NCBI GenBank assembly: GCA_013265495.1
Contig: MU059330.1
Coordinates: 13,195,869 to 13,259,868 of the forward strand
Direction: 5' to 3'
Source: Vicugna vicugna
Lineage: Eukaryota
DNA: 64,000 nucleotides
Shown: positions 22,391 to 34,135 of the stretch, piece by piece
Position numbering within the stretch: the stretch's first letter is position 1
Layout: every line of letters begins with the position of its first letter
The notes under the pieces: model-generated
Seen by the model: the letters and a program-made list of their open reading frames with translations, nothing else
The model's database searches: none
What the model was told of the DNA's origin: nothing
Made by a program: the position numbers and the translations under genes

Positions 22391-25300
22391 TCAGTGTCTG
22401 TGGCCAGAGCTGGGCTCCAGTGGGCGGGGCTGGCCCGTCTGGCTCAGCGTTGTGATGTCGCGCCTCGAAGAGCCGTGAGCTTTGCTTGAATTGTTTCAGG
22501 ATCTGCTGTTTCAGATGCCTGTGGTCACGTCCGTGCAGGCTGGGGCCTGAGCTGGGCGGGAGAGGTCCAACCCAGCTGTCCCATGTTGCTTCCTGGCCTC
22601 GGTCCAGTGGTGCCTGGCCACGTGTCAGACCCCAGAGCAGGACGCCTGCCCCAGCGTGGCAGCGAAGAGGACAATGGACTTCCCGAGTGTCCCCGAAGGG
22701 ATGCAGTGAATCCCGGCTCGGTATCCCATGGTGGCCCTGTGACACAGGCTTCTTTCAGTCCGCGGGCTGACGTTTCTGGCTCTGAGGGAGATGCAGGAGG
22801 GGAGGGAAGCGGTCGCTGGCTGGGGCGTGGCCAGCAGGAATTCACGTCGAGGGGACAGAGCATGTGGCTATTTGCGGCAGCTCACCTCGGACGGATCCTC
22901 GTCGCGCCAGGTCTCTGTGGCCAAGGAAAGCCGAAGGCGGTGCCGCGTACGAGCCTACCCCGCGCTGTGAGAGCAGGGCCTGGCCTATGCGGAGCTGGGC
23001 CGCCCTCCGGGGCCATGGCTGTGGCCCCCGCATCTCTCACATCTGCGGCAAGGGAGGGGCAGTTTTCCAGACGGCTGCATGTACACGCGTACACTTTCTT
23101 ATTCCAATTCACAGATGGCTTAGATGGACAGGCCGGGAGGAAGGAAATGCGGGAGGGCGGCAGGACCTGTCCTGGGCCTGCGTAAGGGACCCGCTTCCAT
23201 CGGAATGGGAGTCTCTGCTGAATCTTTCCGGGCGTTCTGGAAGTGAAACCCCAGGTGAGATGTCCCTGGAGGCACCCTGGGCCCACACACACTTGGCCTG
23301 AGGCTCCCAACCCTCGTCCTGCTCCACCACTGGGGGCAATGACGGGGGGGTGCAAAAGGGGCTCTGGGGGAGGGGTCACAGCAGTTCACAAGTTTAGGGG
23401 TGTCTGACCATCCCTTCCAGGACTGAGGGAGCCTCAGCGAACTCACACCTTTTGAGGTCGGGAGGTGACCTGCCCAAGGGTTAGGAATTCTCACCCTCAC
23501 CCTGAGGCCGGGGAGGCCAGGCTTCCGTGTGGTGTCTCCCCTCCAGCAAGGGGATGGGTCCGCATCCAGGATGGGACCCCAGTGGCTGAAGGCCCAGTGG
23601 CTCAGGGAGGTCCTAGGTGGCCCTGACAGGAGAGTTGAGAGTCTCCCCATCTGACGGTCACTGCGAAAATGGGCTTTTTCATACTCCAGACAGAAGGGCG
23701 GGTCACCTGCCCGCCCTCTCCAGGTTTTAGAGAGTTTGTCCTGGTGATGCAGGGACCTGAGGAAGGCCTCGTGTTCTGCAGAAGCTCCACCAGCAGGAAC
23801 AGGGCCTGGGGACCAGGGGAACCCAGCTCGGCCCCACTCCCCACACCTGGGCGCCTCCCCGCAGAAGCAGGTTCTCAGACGAGGAGATGTGGACGGTGCC
23901 TTCAGTGCTGACAAGCTGCTTCGCTCCCTGGGTCTCCACACGAGGCACCCAGCTGCTGTTCCAACAGTGCGGGCGCGTCTCCTGCTGGTAACGCGCCGGG
24001 TGACCCCAGGCACCCTCCTGATCCGGCTGGGGGTCCTCACACCTGTCTGGGCCTGTGTTCCCGGAGCCGCCTCTCCTTGCCACGCCAGGGAGGGGCGGGT
24101 GGGGGTCTGTTTATAGAGGAGCTGTTCCCCGACCCCCCGTCGTCACCCCGGCAGCAGATACGTTTAATTACTGCTGTGCACACCGAACGCCCTGCGTGGC
24201 CATTTCCCCTTGAGCGAGACCATGTGTGAGTGTGTGTGAAAACGTAAACAGATTGTATAACAGAGTGTTCTCTGGCTGTCAGCAAGGGCTTTGAAAATAA
24301 AACACTTCCCTCCCAACTCACAATTGGTTGGCAGTCGGCACAGAATGAATCATCGCTCCAGGGACCCGTGGAAAGATGTGTGGGGAAACTTTAATTAAAA
24401 GCTTGTCAGCGCAGTTTTACCTGGGTGACATCACCCGCGTGAGATGCTGCTGGGGGCTTTGTTGTCCGTGGGATCGCAGGGCGCACACTTGCTTTGCTGA
24501 CAGCAAACAAGTCGGGAAGGCCGGGACGAGCAGGTGGTGGGTGGACGGGAGTGGGTGGGCGGTGTTGCTGCCCGGAGCCCCGTCGTGTGTGGGGCTCTGA
24601 TTTGCTAGGGAGCGGCCGGACTCAGGGCCCAGGATGCGCGGCTGCCCACGGCGGGGCCTGGGTGGGAGGCGAAGCTGGCTGGGGGCCCAGTGACGGGGCA
24701 GGAGTCCCCCCAGGTCTCCTGGCGATGCCAGTGTGGCTGGGGGAATGTTTCTCCCTGGGGGTGGCCCAGCTCCCCACTCCCAGTGGCAGGGCCAGAAGGA
24801 GCGATAAACGAGGCCCGTGGGCAGCACATCCAGTCCCCCGGGACGGACAGAGCTGGGTTTGTGCCCGAGATTTCAGAGCTACCAGAAGCATCCAGGGAGG
24901 CAGCGAGGTGGGGAGGGCTTGTGTCCCTCCAAACGTGCCTTCCGAATGCCTCCTCCCAGCAAGCCAATTATGTTCAGCTGTACTGTCAGCTGGAGACACC
25001 CACTTCTGCATCACCCTTATGTGAGCCGTCAGCAAGGATACCGAATTAAATGACTTTCGAGGTTAGAAAGAACGTTGGAGGTTAGAGGTTAGAGGAACTG
25101 AGTTTTGACCAAGGCAAAGACCTCGAGATGCTGACCAGCGGCAGTCAGGGCTGGGGGTGGTGGGCGCTCTCTCGGGTTACAGATTTGGCAGGAGACCTCA
25201 CATTCCTTGTTGCCTTCTTTTGTTCCTCACTAGTTTGTTACAAGCTTGCATTCCTAATATTAATGAATTAATTGCAACTTATAGCAATTAAATGCTAATT

Positions 25301-26236
25301 AGTCCATCTTCCGAACAACGACTTTCTTTTATCTGTAACTGTTTACTTGACATACATGTGCTTTCGTGGCAATTAAACGTTGCAGTACAACCTGACACTT
25401 TCCACACTGTGTTTGGACAAGTAAGCGAGCAACTGCGTTACTTTTATCGGTCACCTCAGGCCTCTGAGCCGCGGAGCTGAGAGGAGCGTGGACTTGGCTG
25501 AAATGATGACAAGTCTGGGCTGGAGTGAGCACATGGCTCTGCTTATTGTGTGACTTTATCTCAGATGGACTGTATTTGTGTCTGCACTTTGATGTCTGGG
25601 TGAAAGGCTTTAAGGCACCCACAGCCAGCGGGAGGAGTCAGAGCCGACGCAGCCCCAGGAGGTCCGAGGACCTCTGCTCCAAAGGCCCTAGCCCGGGCTC
25701 TCAGAGGGAGTACTTGGATCACCTGGGCTCACATCGAAGGCGGCTTTCACAGCGGCTACCTTTGTCATCCCAGGAGTGGGCAAAGACATCTGGCGAAGAG
25801 GAGCAGTCCTCAGCGTACGAGCGGCGTGGACTGCGGAAGTCCGTCTGCAAGTCCCAAAGCACAGCGCCCTGCACGGGGTGAGGTCCCCAGGCCAAGCCGG
25901 AAGAAGCTCAGCTGGTCCTTTTCCTGCAGCTGACGTCCCTGAAGCTGACTCCAGGCGCAGGCTCAGGCTTCAGCTCAACACTGGGTACGGGGCCGGTGGG
26001 CGCGGTGGGGGCACGAGGCTGCTCTAACCCCTGGGCCTCCCTCCCTGGCTGTGGAGCTGGGACTGGGGGCAGCTCACCCTCTGGGATGCCTGCAGACGTG
26101 GACCCAGGCTCAGGATGCTGAGCGTAGAGGGGTCTTGCAAAGCTGGTGCAGTCGTTTCATTTGTATTTCCCTGGTTATGCATCCACTTCTTGGCATTTCC
26201 AGAGATCAGTGTGATCCTTCTTTCCCTGTTTCTCCA

Positions 26237-26360
26237 CTTCCTGCTCCTCTTCCTCTGCTTCCTGCTCCTCTTCCTCCAGTTTCTGTTCCTCTTCCTCCAC
26301 TTCCTGCTCTTCTTCCTCTGCTTCCTGTTCCTCTTCTTCCGCTTTCTGCTCCTCTTCCTT
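26237..26360. repeat. 21-bp polypyrimidine tandem repeat (~6 copies)
   Basis: Unit cttcctgctcctcttcctctg, starting at 26237, 26258, 26279, 26300, 26321 and 26342. Confidence 0.9.
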
Positions 26361-26505
26361 TTTCGTTTTGTCTCTTTTTGTTTCCTAAACTAAATCCCTT
26401 TTTCAAACCAAGGGGGGAATTTGCTTTAGTCTCTCTCTTTTATTTTCTAGAGATTCAGATATGTTTCCAGATTTATATTCTTACCACTTTCCTTTTTTTC
26501 TGTAG

Positions 26506-26614
26506 TGTCTTCTATTTCATTATCTACTGTAACATTTTGTGCTGCCAATTAAATGGTAACTTTTGAGATACCTGTCGTTCCCGAGAAGCCGCCTGCGCTC
26601 CACTGTCGCAGGAG
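26506..26614 (+). ncRNA. Candidate non-coding exon (109 nt)
   Basis: Acceptor accactttcctttttttctgtag| and donor GAG|gtaaga. All three frames contain stops. No transcript evidence. Confidence 0.3.
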
Positions 26615-27149
26615 GTAAGAATGCCTCTGCTTCCCTTCCACTTGCGTTCAACCTCTGTGAGGCAAATGAAGATGGAATGTCCTTAGGAGCAACTTTTGAA
26701 AAGGTACTTAGATAGTGGTTAGTGGTCTCCTGATTAAAATATCATAGTTTTGGTTGTAGAAGGGTTATTTTTCTAAAACATAGTTTGGAGAGAACATGCT
26801 AAAATCACAAATACTTGTCAGCAAGTGCTAATCTTAAGACAGAGATTATCACTTCCAGAGATATGTATTGAGTCCCCTCCCCAAGGGGCTGTGGTTCTGC
26901 TTGGGGGTCCAGTGTGGAGAAGTTGTGGGGGAGCAGGGGTGCTCAGGACGGAGTGGGACTCGATTTGCATGCCTCCTGTCCGTCGTGGAGACGCTAACTC
27001 CGTTGGTGCTGCCCGAACTGGCCCTGTTGGCTGCTGCTGGGACTGCGGCGAGTGGAGGCCCTCAGTCTTCTCCACAAGAGGCTGTGTTAATCCAGGACTT
27101 GCCCACCCAGCACAGGTGGAGTCGATCTGCGAACCCGAGGTGCACGGCA

Positions 27150-27290
27150 TCGCAGCTGTCCCGTGACGTCGCCTCGCTGACTCAGATCCTCGGCGCTCTC
27201 CGTGGAGTCGGATCCTGTCCTCGGTGTCGCTGATCTCGCCCGCCTTTGTGCCAACACGCATCTGACAGCTCTGCTCCCGCGTCTCCTTCC
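27150..27290 (-). mobile_element. Possible highly diverged, GC-shifted L1 ORF1 remnant
   Basis: Minus strand gagatcagcgacaccgaggacaggatc encodes EISDTEDRI, reminiscent of the L1 ORF1p coiled-coil motif (ERISELEDR). Weak match. Confidence 0.25.
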
Positions 27291-27619
27291 GGCTTGCGGG
27301 TGCAGACGCTCCCCTCGCACTCTCCTGTTACCGGCTCAGTCTGCTTCTGCGTTACTCATTACCTAGTTTTACCTGTAGACGACTTATTTTAAGAACAATT
27401 CTTTGAGAGTTATTCATATTACTTTACGAAAGACTTCCGGTGATTAAAATCATTCAGTGCTAGTCTAGGAAAAAACAGAACCAAGAATGGAATTGAATTC
27501 CTTGTCCGAGGAAAGATGAAAAGCAGAGTGGCAGCTGACAAATTACAAAGGAGGCCAGAAAACATGACCAGAAAATCATGGGGTACTTGCTCCATGATGA
27601 AACTCCTGGCCACTCATTT

Positions 27620-27955
27620 GGGAAAAAAACACCTCCAATGGAAAAATCTTAATGTAAAAATTCATCTGATAAAATACAACTATGCATCTTACACAAAAAT
27701 AAATTTAAGGTGGGTAAAAACATTCAGATACAAACAATAAGTGAATAAATAAACCACAAAAGTTTAGGGAGAAAATTAAGGGCATTTTCATTAGGTTGCT
27801 CTGGTTTTCGGGGAGAACTTCCTAAATACGGGTTGAAATTATCCTGACAAAGAATGAAAAACTTGACGAACGAAAATGTAAAGTCTACCCAGGGCAAAAA
27901 AGAGCAAACATCAAGTGAGAGGAAATGATAAAATGAAAAAGAAATACGACATTTA
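27620..27955 (+). mobile_element. Old L1 (L1M-type) ORF2 3' fragment
   Basis: A-rich. catcttacacaaaaataaatttaaggtgggtaaaaac and accacaaaagtttagggagaaaattaaggg match degenerate L1 ORF2. Confidence 0.6.
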
Positions 27956-28304
27956 AGGCAAACTGAGAAGGGGATGCACGCTCAGCAGTTCGAGACCAGA
28001 CGCAGGAGGAGCAGCCGCCGCGCCTGGGGCCTCAGACCCACCGAAGCTCTGCCGCGCGCCGACGGCAGGAAGCGCCAGGGACGTGGAAACGCAAAGTCCG
28101 TGTTTTCGAACCGGCAAACACTTCACTAAAGGCGACAGCCAGGTGGGCACTGTCCACAGCGTCAGGTCACAGCCCAGGCTGCAGGTTTTCTGGAGGAAAT
28201 TAACAGGACGTATTTAAATCCAAAATGTACGCGTTCGCTAAAAGGATGATTTCCCCTTTCTTCTTAGTCACCACCTGGTTATTATTATCTGTGTTACATT
28301 TTTG

Positions 28305-28510
28305 GAAAAATTTTTAAAATTAAGGCATAGTCAATTACAATGTTGTGTCAGTTTCTGGTGCACAGCATCATGTTTCAGTCACACACATATATATACATAT
28401 ATTGATCTCCATGTTCTTTTTCATTATAGGCCACTGCAAGATACTGAATATAGTTCCCTGTGCTCTACAGTAAAAACTTCTTGTTTATCTATTTTATATA
28501 CAGTAGTTAG
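28305..28510 (-). mobile_element. Lineage-specific (camelid-type) L1 3' UTR end, antisense
   Basis: tttctggtgcacagcatcatgtttcagtca...gatactgaatatagttccctgtgctctacagta is the reverse complement of the L1 3' end at 33680-33865. Confidence 0.85.
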
Positions 28511-28520
28511 GTATTTCTTT

Positions 28521-28635
28521 TTTTTTTTACCTTTTTAAACATTTATTTTGTTTTTTTAGTGGAGGTACTGGAGATTGAATGCAGGACCTCATGCATGCTA
28601 AGCATGCGCTCTACCACTGAGATATACCATGCCGT
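28521..28635 (-). mobile_element. tRNA-Ala-derived SINE (camelid Vic-1-like)
   Basis: Reverse complement ggtatatctcagtggtagagcgcatgcttagcatgcatgaggtcctgcattcaatctccagtacctcc plus an A-rich tail. Possible TSD gtatttcttt (28511) / gtattacttt (28636). Confidence 0.9.
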
Positions 28636-31473
28636 GTATTACTTTTGATAAACATGTAGCACTTTTCTAAAACTTGAAAATTCTAAATCCGATTTGCAGA
28701 GCAAAATTTACTCTTTCGTTCTGCCCTGTCTTGCTCCGGGAAGAGTGGGAGGGGCTTCTGAGTCCACAGGAAAAGACATCAGGGTCTCTGAAGGGTGAGA
28801 GCTGGGGGAGGAGGAGACGAGAGGGCGGGGCCACTGGGGACCAGGAGGAGGCGGGTGTTGGAACTTCTGTGCACTTTTTCTGCTTTCTGATTCCCATCAG
28901 CTAATTTGGAAAAAAAAAAAAAGGAACTGTGTCTGGGAGACAACACGCAAAGGACTTGTTTGAGCAAAGTGTCCTCGATCTCGCTGAGCCCGTCAGAAGC
29001 CCCTCTTGTAAGCAGGGTCCCAGGGATGGCTTCCTTCCAGCTGCCAGGGAGAAAGGACCTCTGGCTAACGAGGCAGGAGCTTCCCTAGAGCACGCTTCTC
29101 ACCCCCCCATCCCCACCACTTCGTGAGGTTGGGGAGATCTCTGCTGCTCTGTGTGACCCTGGCTGTCCCCGCGGAGGCCAGGCCCCCGGGCCCTCGTCTT
29201 CAAGGTTCCCATCTTAAGCCGTGCTGGGCTGAGCAGAGGGCTCGGCACCCTTCCTTGGTAACTCCGTGACCCGCGTGACTTCTTTGATGACATGACCTGG
29301 AGGTAAAACCGGGAGACTGAGCCTCCAAGCCCCTCGTTCTGCTGAGACTTTTCTGGGTAACCCACCCTTCCCTTCTCTTAAATCCTCAGCGCAAGCTAAC
29401 ACACAGAATTTGGGCATCTAAGCAGCGTGATGGTATGAGCGAGCTCACTGCACACGGTCTGCTCTGCTGCAGAGCCTGGTGAGCCCAGCTGGTCTCCGGC
29501 GTGAGCCTCTGCGTGTCCGTCAAGGCACCCACCAGTCCTCCAAGCTGCGAGCCAGAGTCAGACCACAAAGCCTTCTAAGGAGGTTTGGATCTGGAGTTTG
29601 GAAGCTGCTCATTTTGAAGTCCCACTTTGGGTTGTGTCTGCCGACTCTGCCACGGCTGCTGTAACAGGTCAGGTTGTTTGCGGGGCCGAGAGGAAGCGCC
29701 ACAGCCCGCACGCAGCCACGTCTTCGCTGGTGGGGTTGGTCGGCTTTCCAGCCGCTCTGTCAGCACGTGGTCCCTCCGACTCGTGCATCTTCGGCAGGAC
29801 AAGGCCACGGCCTGGGGTGTGATGTCTGTGGGCATCTGTGCTGGACTTCACTCCACGTCAACAGGGATGTCTTCCCTTTGCAAGATCTCGTCGTCTGTTT
29901 GAAGCCATGTCCTAGAATTTGCTCCGTAGTCTCTCCAAGCCATGGCTGTTCCCCACCAGGTGCTGCACGACCGTGTTTGGAACAAAATGTTGGGCTGGCC
30001 TGGGGCGGAGATGCAAATGGTCCAGCGAGAGCCGTCCGGTCGGTAAAGTCTGAGCCCACGAGATGCGACCTCGTCCCAGCAGCTCCCCTTCCCCCGACAA
30101 GGCCTTCCTCCCTCCCCTCCGTCCCCTTGCGTCACTGTCTCCTCCGGCTGCTTTACTCCCCCCCACACTCTTGCTCCACAGTTTAAGTTGTTTTCTGTGA
30201 GAACGGATTGAAACCTATACATTTTTAAGAACTAGTAATTAAAATAAATGTACTGTGGGCTGCGTGAAAGGTTGCCAGCTTTTATTTAAGCCAAAAAGGC
30301 CATTAAAAATATACAAAAAGCACAGCTAGGACTCCAACATATCACTATGTTGTGTGAAGGAAAGGGCGTTCTCTCCTCCAAACCACAGAGAGCGGCAACC
30401 TCAGAAGGGAAATGGTCCATCCCAAGCACGGTCCCTGGCCGCCCGGAGCCCCCACGCACCGCCTTCTTCTCGCTGCCTGCCTTTGCTCCCGGACTCCTGG
30501 AAACCGCGTGGCTGAGCGGCACCTGGGAGCCACTCGCCACCGCTCGCTTGCCGGCTGTGGGGTCAAGTTTCCACCTCGGCTGTAAATGGAATGAAACCCA
30601 GTTGTTACTTAGTCTCCAGGCAGGAATAATTTACGAATCTCCCTAAGCATGCTTCTGTCCATTGGAAACGGATGAAAAATAAACAGGTTCTGGAGTCACT
30701 TCCAGAAGAACCGTCTCATTCATCAACTTTTACTCAAAGTCTGTTCGCCAACTCCCACTTAAGCTAAGTTTCGTTACCAAAGATGCTCTTTGATCTGCCA
30801 CCCTGAGAACATCACGCCACGTGGGATGTGGCTTTGGCATCCATCTGGTTCTTCCTTGGCTTTTGGTGATTCTGTGATGTGGAGCCGGCTGAGGAATGCA
30901 CTGGCTTTGGATTTTATAATTTATGTGCACTGCTGGCTTTGGGGACTCAGAGCATTTCAAAGAGGCAGACTTTAATTTCTTTGTCTGAATTTGTTCTGGC
31001 TGAGAGTCCTGTGTCATTGCTCAGATCATGCCAGTTACTTGCTCACAGTGTATCGTTATTGAAGGACTGGAGCTTAGGACAAAACGAAAGTAGAAGTACC
31101 GAAGCTAACGTGGCAGTACTTCTGCAAGAAAACACAGATCCAGTAATCGGCTTGTTAGAACTTCGCTCTTTGCTGTGATTTTGGATTGAGTCATGCAAAG
31201 TGTCTTGGAGGAAGCCCATAACTGAGTGACTGGCTGGGTGAACTCAACCAGTCAAAACGATCCATCGTCTACAACAGACACAAATGGGGCCCGTCCCGGT
31301 GTGCAGCAGCTCGGCAAGGAGAAGGGCACGGGCCTTGGTACCCTTCGCAGCGTACGTAGTCGTCAGGTTGACCGGATCGCTGTTTATCCAGGCACACTTA
31401 ATTTCCAGGATGGAACACTTGCCAGATTGGAAGTTATTGGTTGAACAAATGAATAAGTCTCTCTCCTTCTCAG

Positions 31474-31757
31474 GTTGCTACAGAGCTTTGCCGCTGACAG
31501 AGGATGCCAGTCATCAGCTCAACGGTGGCGCAGCGTCAAAATCACCTTTGGGTTTCTGAAGCCCCTCCATCCATCTATCTGGCTGGTCATGTAACCCTAC
31601 AGATGGTGATGGTGGGTGACGCTGGCTGTGTGACTCAGCTGCAGAGAGGATGGAACAAGAAAGACATGGCCCGTGGCCAGGCTCATCAGAAGACCAGAGG
31701 GTGTCAACACCGCGGTTACAGCACTGAGGGTCAGCGGAGTTTTGTGAGTTCTACAAG
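31474..31757 (+). other. Candidate exon (284 nt; alternative acceptor at 31603)
   Basis: Acceptor gtctctctccttctcag|G and donor AAG|gtgagt. No transcript evidence. Confidence 0.3.
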
Positions 31758-31809
31758 GTGAGTGAGAAGGCTGCTGTGTGCTCATTGACCATCCATGAAT
31801 TATGCCTTT

Positions 31810-31904
31810 AGTTTTATTTTATTTATTTATTATTTTTTTACTGGGGATTGAATCCAGGCCCTCACATATGCTAAGCATGCACTCTACCACTGAGCTATAC
31901 ACCC
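31810..31904 (-). mobile_element. tRNA-Ala-derived SINE with target-site duplication
   Basis: ctggggattgaatccaggccctcacatatgctaagcatgcactctaccactgagctatacaccc with a (tttta)n tail. TSD tgaattatgccttt (31796-31809) / tgaattatgctttt (31905-31918). Confidence 0.92.
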
Positions 31905-32484
31905 TGAATTATGCTTTTCAATTTATATTTTTCTCTCTTAAGAAAGATGTTTCCAATGAGAAGGCACATTAAACCCAAGGCCCATTTTAAGCTGTGGTAC
32001 TGAAGGTCAGAATAGTCAGAATGTACATCGTATTATGGTTGTATGTCCTTCAGTGCCAGCAAACATTCTCTGGCTGGGAGTTGATTTACTACATAGAACC
32101 AGCCCAAAGTCTCTTAACACTTAGCAGGTGAAGAAAATTTAAATGCAAAATCCGTAACCAAGAGAGCAGTACTGTTTTATTTGGTGTCTTAAAATAAAAT
32201 GTGTTTATGAATAATGAGGCTGATTATCCTTGCAATTTTAAACATGTGTTTTATAAAATGATCCCAAAAGGAAAGTTTTTAAAAAGTTCTTCTAAAAGAA
32301 ACTTTTAGAGCAATGGCTTTATTATTAGAATAAAGATACACTAAAACTAACACCCATCAACCCAGCTTGGTAGGTGCTGTACGTGCAGAGTCTCACGCGC
32401 TATCTCAGGTGCTTTCTACCGCCCTTTCCTCTTCGTTTCTAGTTTCTTTGAAAGGACAATTGGCTTTAAAGCCTGATAAAGTTT

Positions 32485-33222
32485 TCGCTTTCATCAAAGG
32501 ACACAGAATAAAAAGACAACAGAGTAAAAAGGCAAGCCACAGAGTGGAGTAAAATATCTGCAAATCACGTATCTGACAAGGGGTTAATATCTAGAATGTG
32601 TAAAGAACACATACTGCTCAACAGCAAAGAAACAGACGACTTGATTACAGAATGACAAGGGACTCGGACAGACGTTTCTCCATAGAAGACGTACACATGG
32701 CCAATAAGCACATGAGAAGATGTTCAGTGTTGCTAATCACTAGGGAAATGCAAATTGAAACCACAATGAGATATTACTTCAGACTCATTAAAATGGCTTC
32801 CACCAAAAAATTCTAGAAAATAACAAAGTGTTGACAAGTATGTAGGCAAGTTGGATCCCTTGTGCCTGGTTGGTGGGGATGTAAAATGCTGTGGCCACTG
32901 TGGAAAACAGTGTGGCAGTTTCTCAAAGAGTGGAAATTAGAATGACCACGTGACCCAGCTATTCTACTCCTGGCTGGATGCTCAAAATAATTGAAAACAA
33001 AGATTAGAAGCCATATCTGTGCACAGTGTTCAAAGCAGCACAGCCAAAATGTGGAAGCACCCCAAGTACCCACTGAGAGACGGATGGATAAACAAACTGT
33101 GATCCATCCACACAGCGGGATATGGTTTGTCTTAAAAATAAAGGAAACTCTGACACATGCTGCAACATTGATCAGCCTTGAAGGTGTTATGTTAAATAAG
33201 CTGTTCACAAAAGGATAAATAC
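32485..33222 (+). mobile_element. Older L1 (L1MA/MB-like) ORF2 3' end, left part
   Basis: Classic L1 motifs: cacatggccaataagcacatgagaagatg, gaaatgcaaattgaaaccacaatgagata, gacccagctattctactcctgg. The ORF track at 32991-33218 is a frameshifted ORF2p C-terminus. Confidence 0.92.
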
Positions 33223-33886
33223 CCGTCTGATTCCTGACCCAGCAATCCCACTCCTGGGCATGTGTCTAGAGGAAACTCTAGTTTGAAAAGACACATTGAC
33301 CCCAGTGTTCATAGCAGCACTGTTTACAATAGCCAGACATGGAATCAAAATGTCAATCGAAAGATGATTATAGAGAAGTTGTGAGAGAGAGATATATATA
33401 AAATATTATTTATAATGGAATACTACTCAGTCATGAAAAAGAGCAAAATAATGTCATTTGCGGCAACACGGATGATCATCACACTTAGTGAAGTAAGTCA
33501 GACAGAGAAAGACAAACACCACATGACATCACTTATCTGTGGAATCTAAAAAAAAATGACACAGATGAGCTTATTTTCAAAACTGAGACAGGCTCACAGA
33601 CACAGAACACAAGCTCATGGTTACCCGGGGGGCAAGCGGGTGGGAAGGGATAAATTGGGGGTTTGAGACTTGCAGATACTGACTGCTATATGTAATATGG
33701 CTAAACAACTTGTTTCTACTGTAGAGCAGAGGGAACCATATTCAGTACCTTGTAGTAACCGATAGTGAAAAAGAGTCTGAAAAGGAATATACATACGTCC
33801 ATATATGACTGAAACATGATGCTTTGCACCAGAAATGGGCACACTGTAACTGACTGTACTTCAATTAAAGCCATATTAAAAAAAAA
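33223..33886 (+). mobile_element. Younger 5'-truncated camelid-type L1 nested in the older L1
   Basis: A second copy of ORF2-end motifs (gacccagcaatcccactcctgggc, ttcatagcagcactgtttacaatagcc) follows, then a distinct 3' UTR and an A-tail (caattaaagccatattaaaaaaaaa). Confidence 0.88.
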
Positions 33887-34135
33887 CACAAAAAATGCTG
33901 TATGATTTAATTTATAAGAATTGTCAAGTTCATTGAGACAGAAAGCAGAATGGCGGTTGCCAGAGGCTTGGGGAGAGAGGATGAGGAATCAGTGTGTCGT
34001 GAGCTGTGCATCAGCTCTGGGGAGGGGTGGTGGTGACTCAGCTCAATGATGTAAATTTACGTAAAGCCACTAACTGTACACCTGAAAGTGGTTAAAATGC
34101 CAAATATTATCTATAGTCTACCAAAGTTAAAAAAC
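33887..34135 (+). mobile_element. Older L1 3' UTR, right part (resumes after nested insertion)
   Basis: tgtatgatttaatttat...ttcattgagacagaaagcagaatggcggttgccagaggc...actgtacacctgaaagtggttaaaatg continues the host element broken at caaaaggataaatac. Confidence 0.85.

Noticed and set aside
23120-24040. 306-aa minus-strand ORF
   Set aside because: R/P/G-rich translation typical of GC-rich non-coding DNA, with overlapping ORFs in other frames and no domain.
26115-26393. Very hydrophobic 92-aa ORF resembling a membrane protein
   Set aside because: The F/L richness is a translation artefact of the C/T-rich 21-bp repeat.
28559-28630. tRNA-Ala(AGC) gene (also considered for 31840-31904 and 36774-36838)
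   Set aside because: They have SINE tails and TSDs, and all three have B-box substitutions (cattcaatct, gattcaatcc, ggctcaatcc vs GGTTCRANTCC). They are retroposed copies, not functional tRNA genes.
32813-33218. ORFs at 32813-33208 (-) and 32991-33218 (+)
   Set aside because: These are antisense and frameshifted sense translations of a dead L1 ORF2 fragment.
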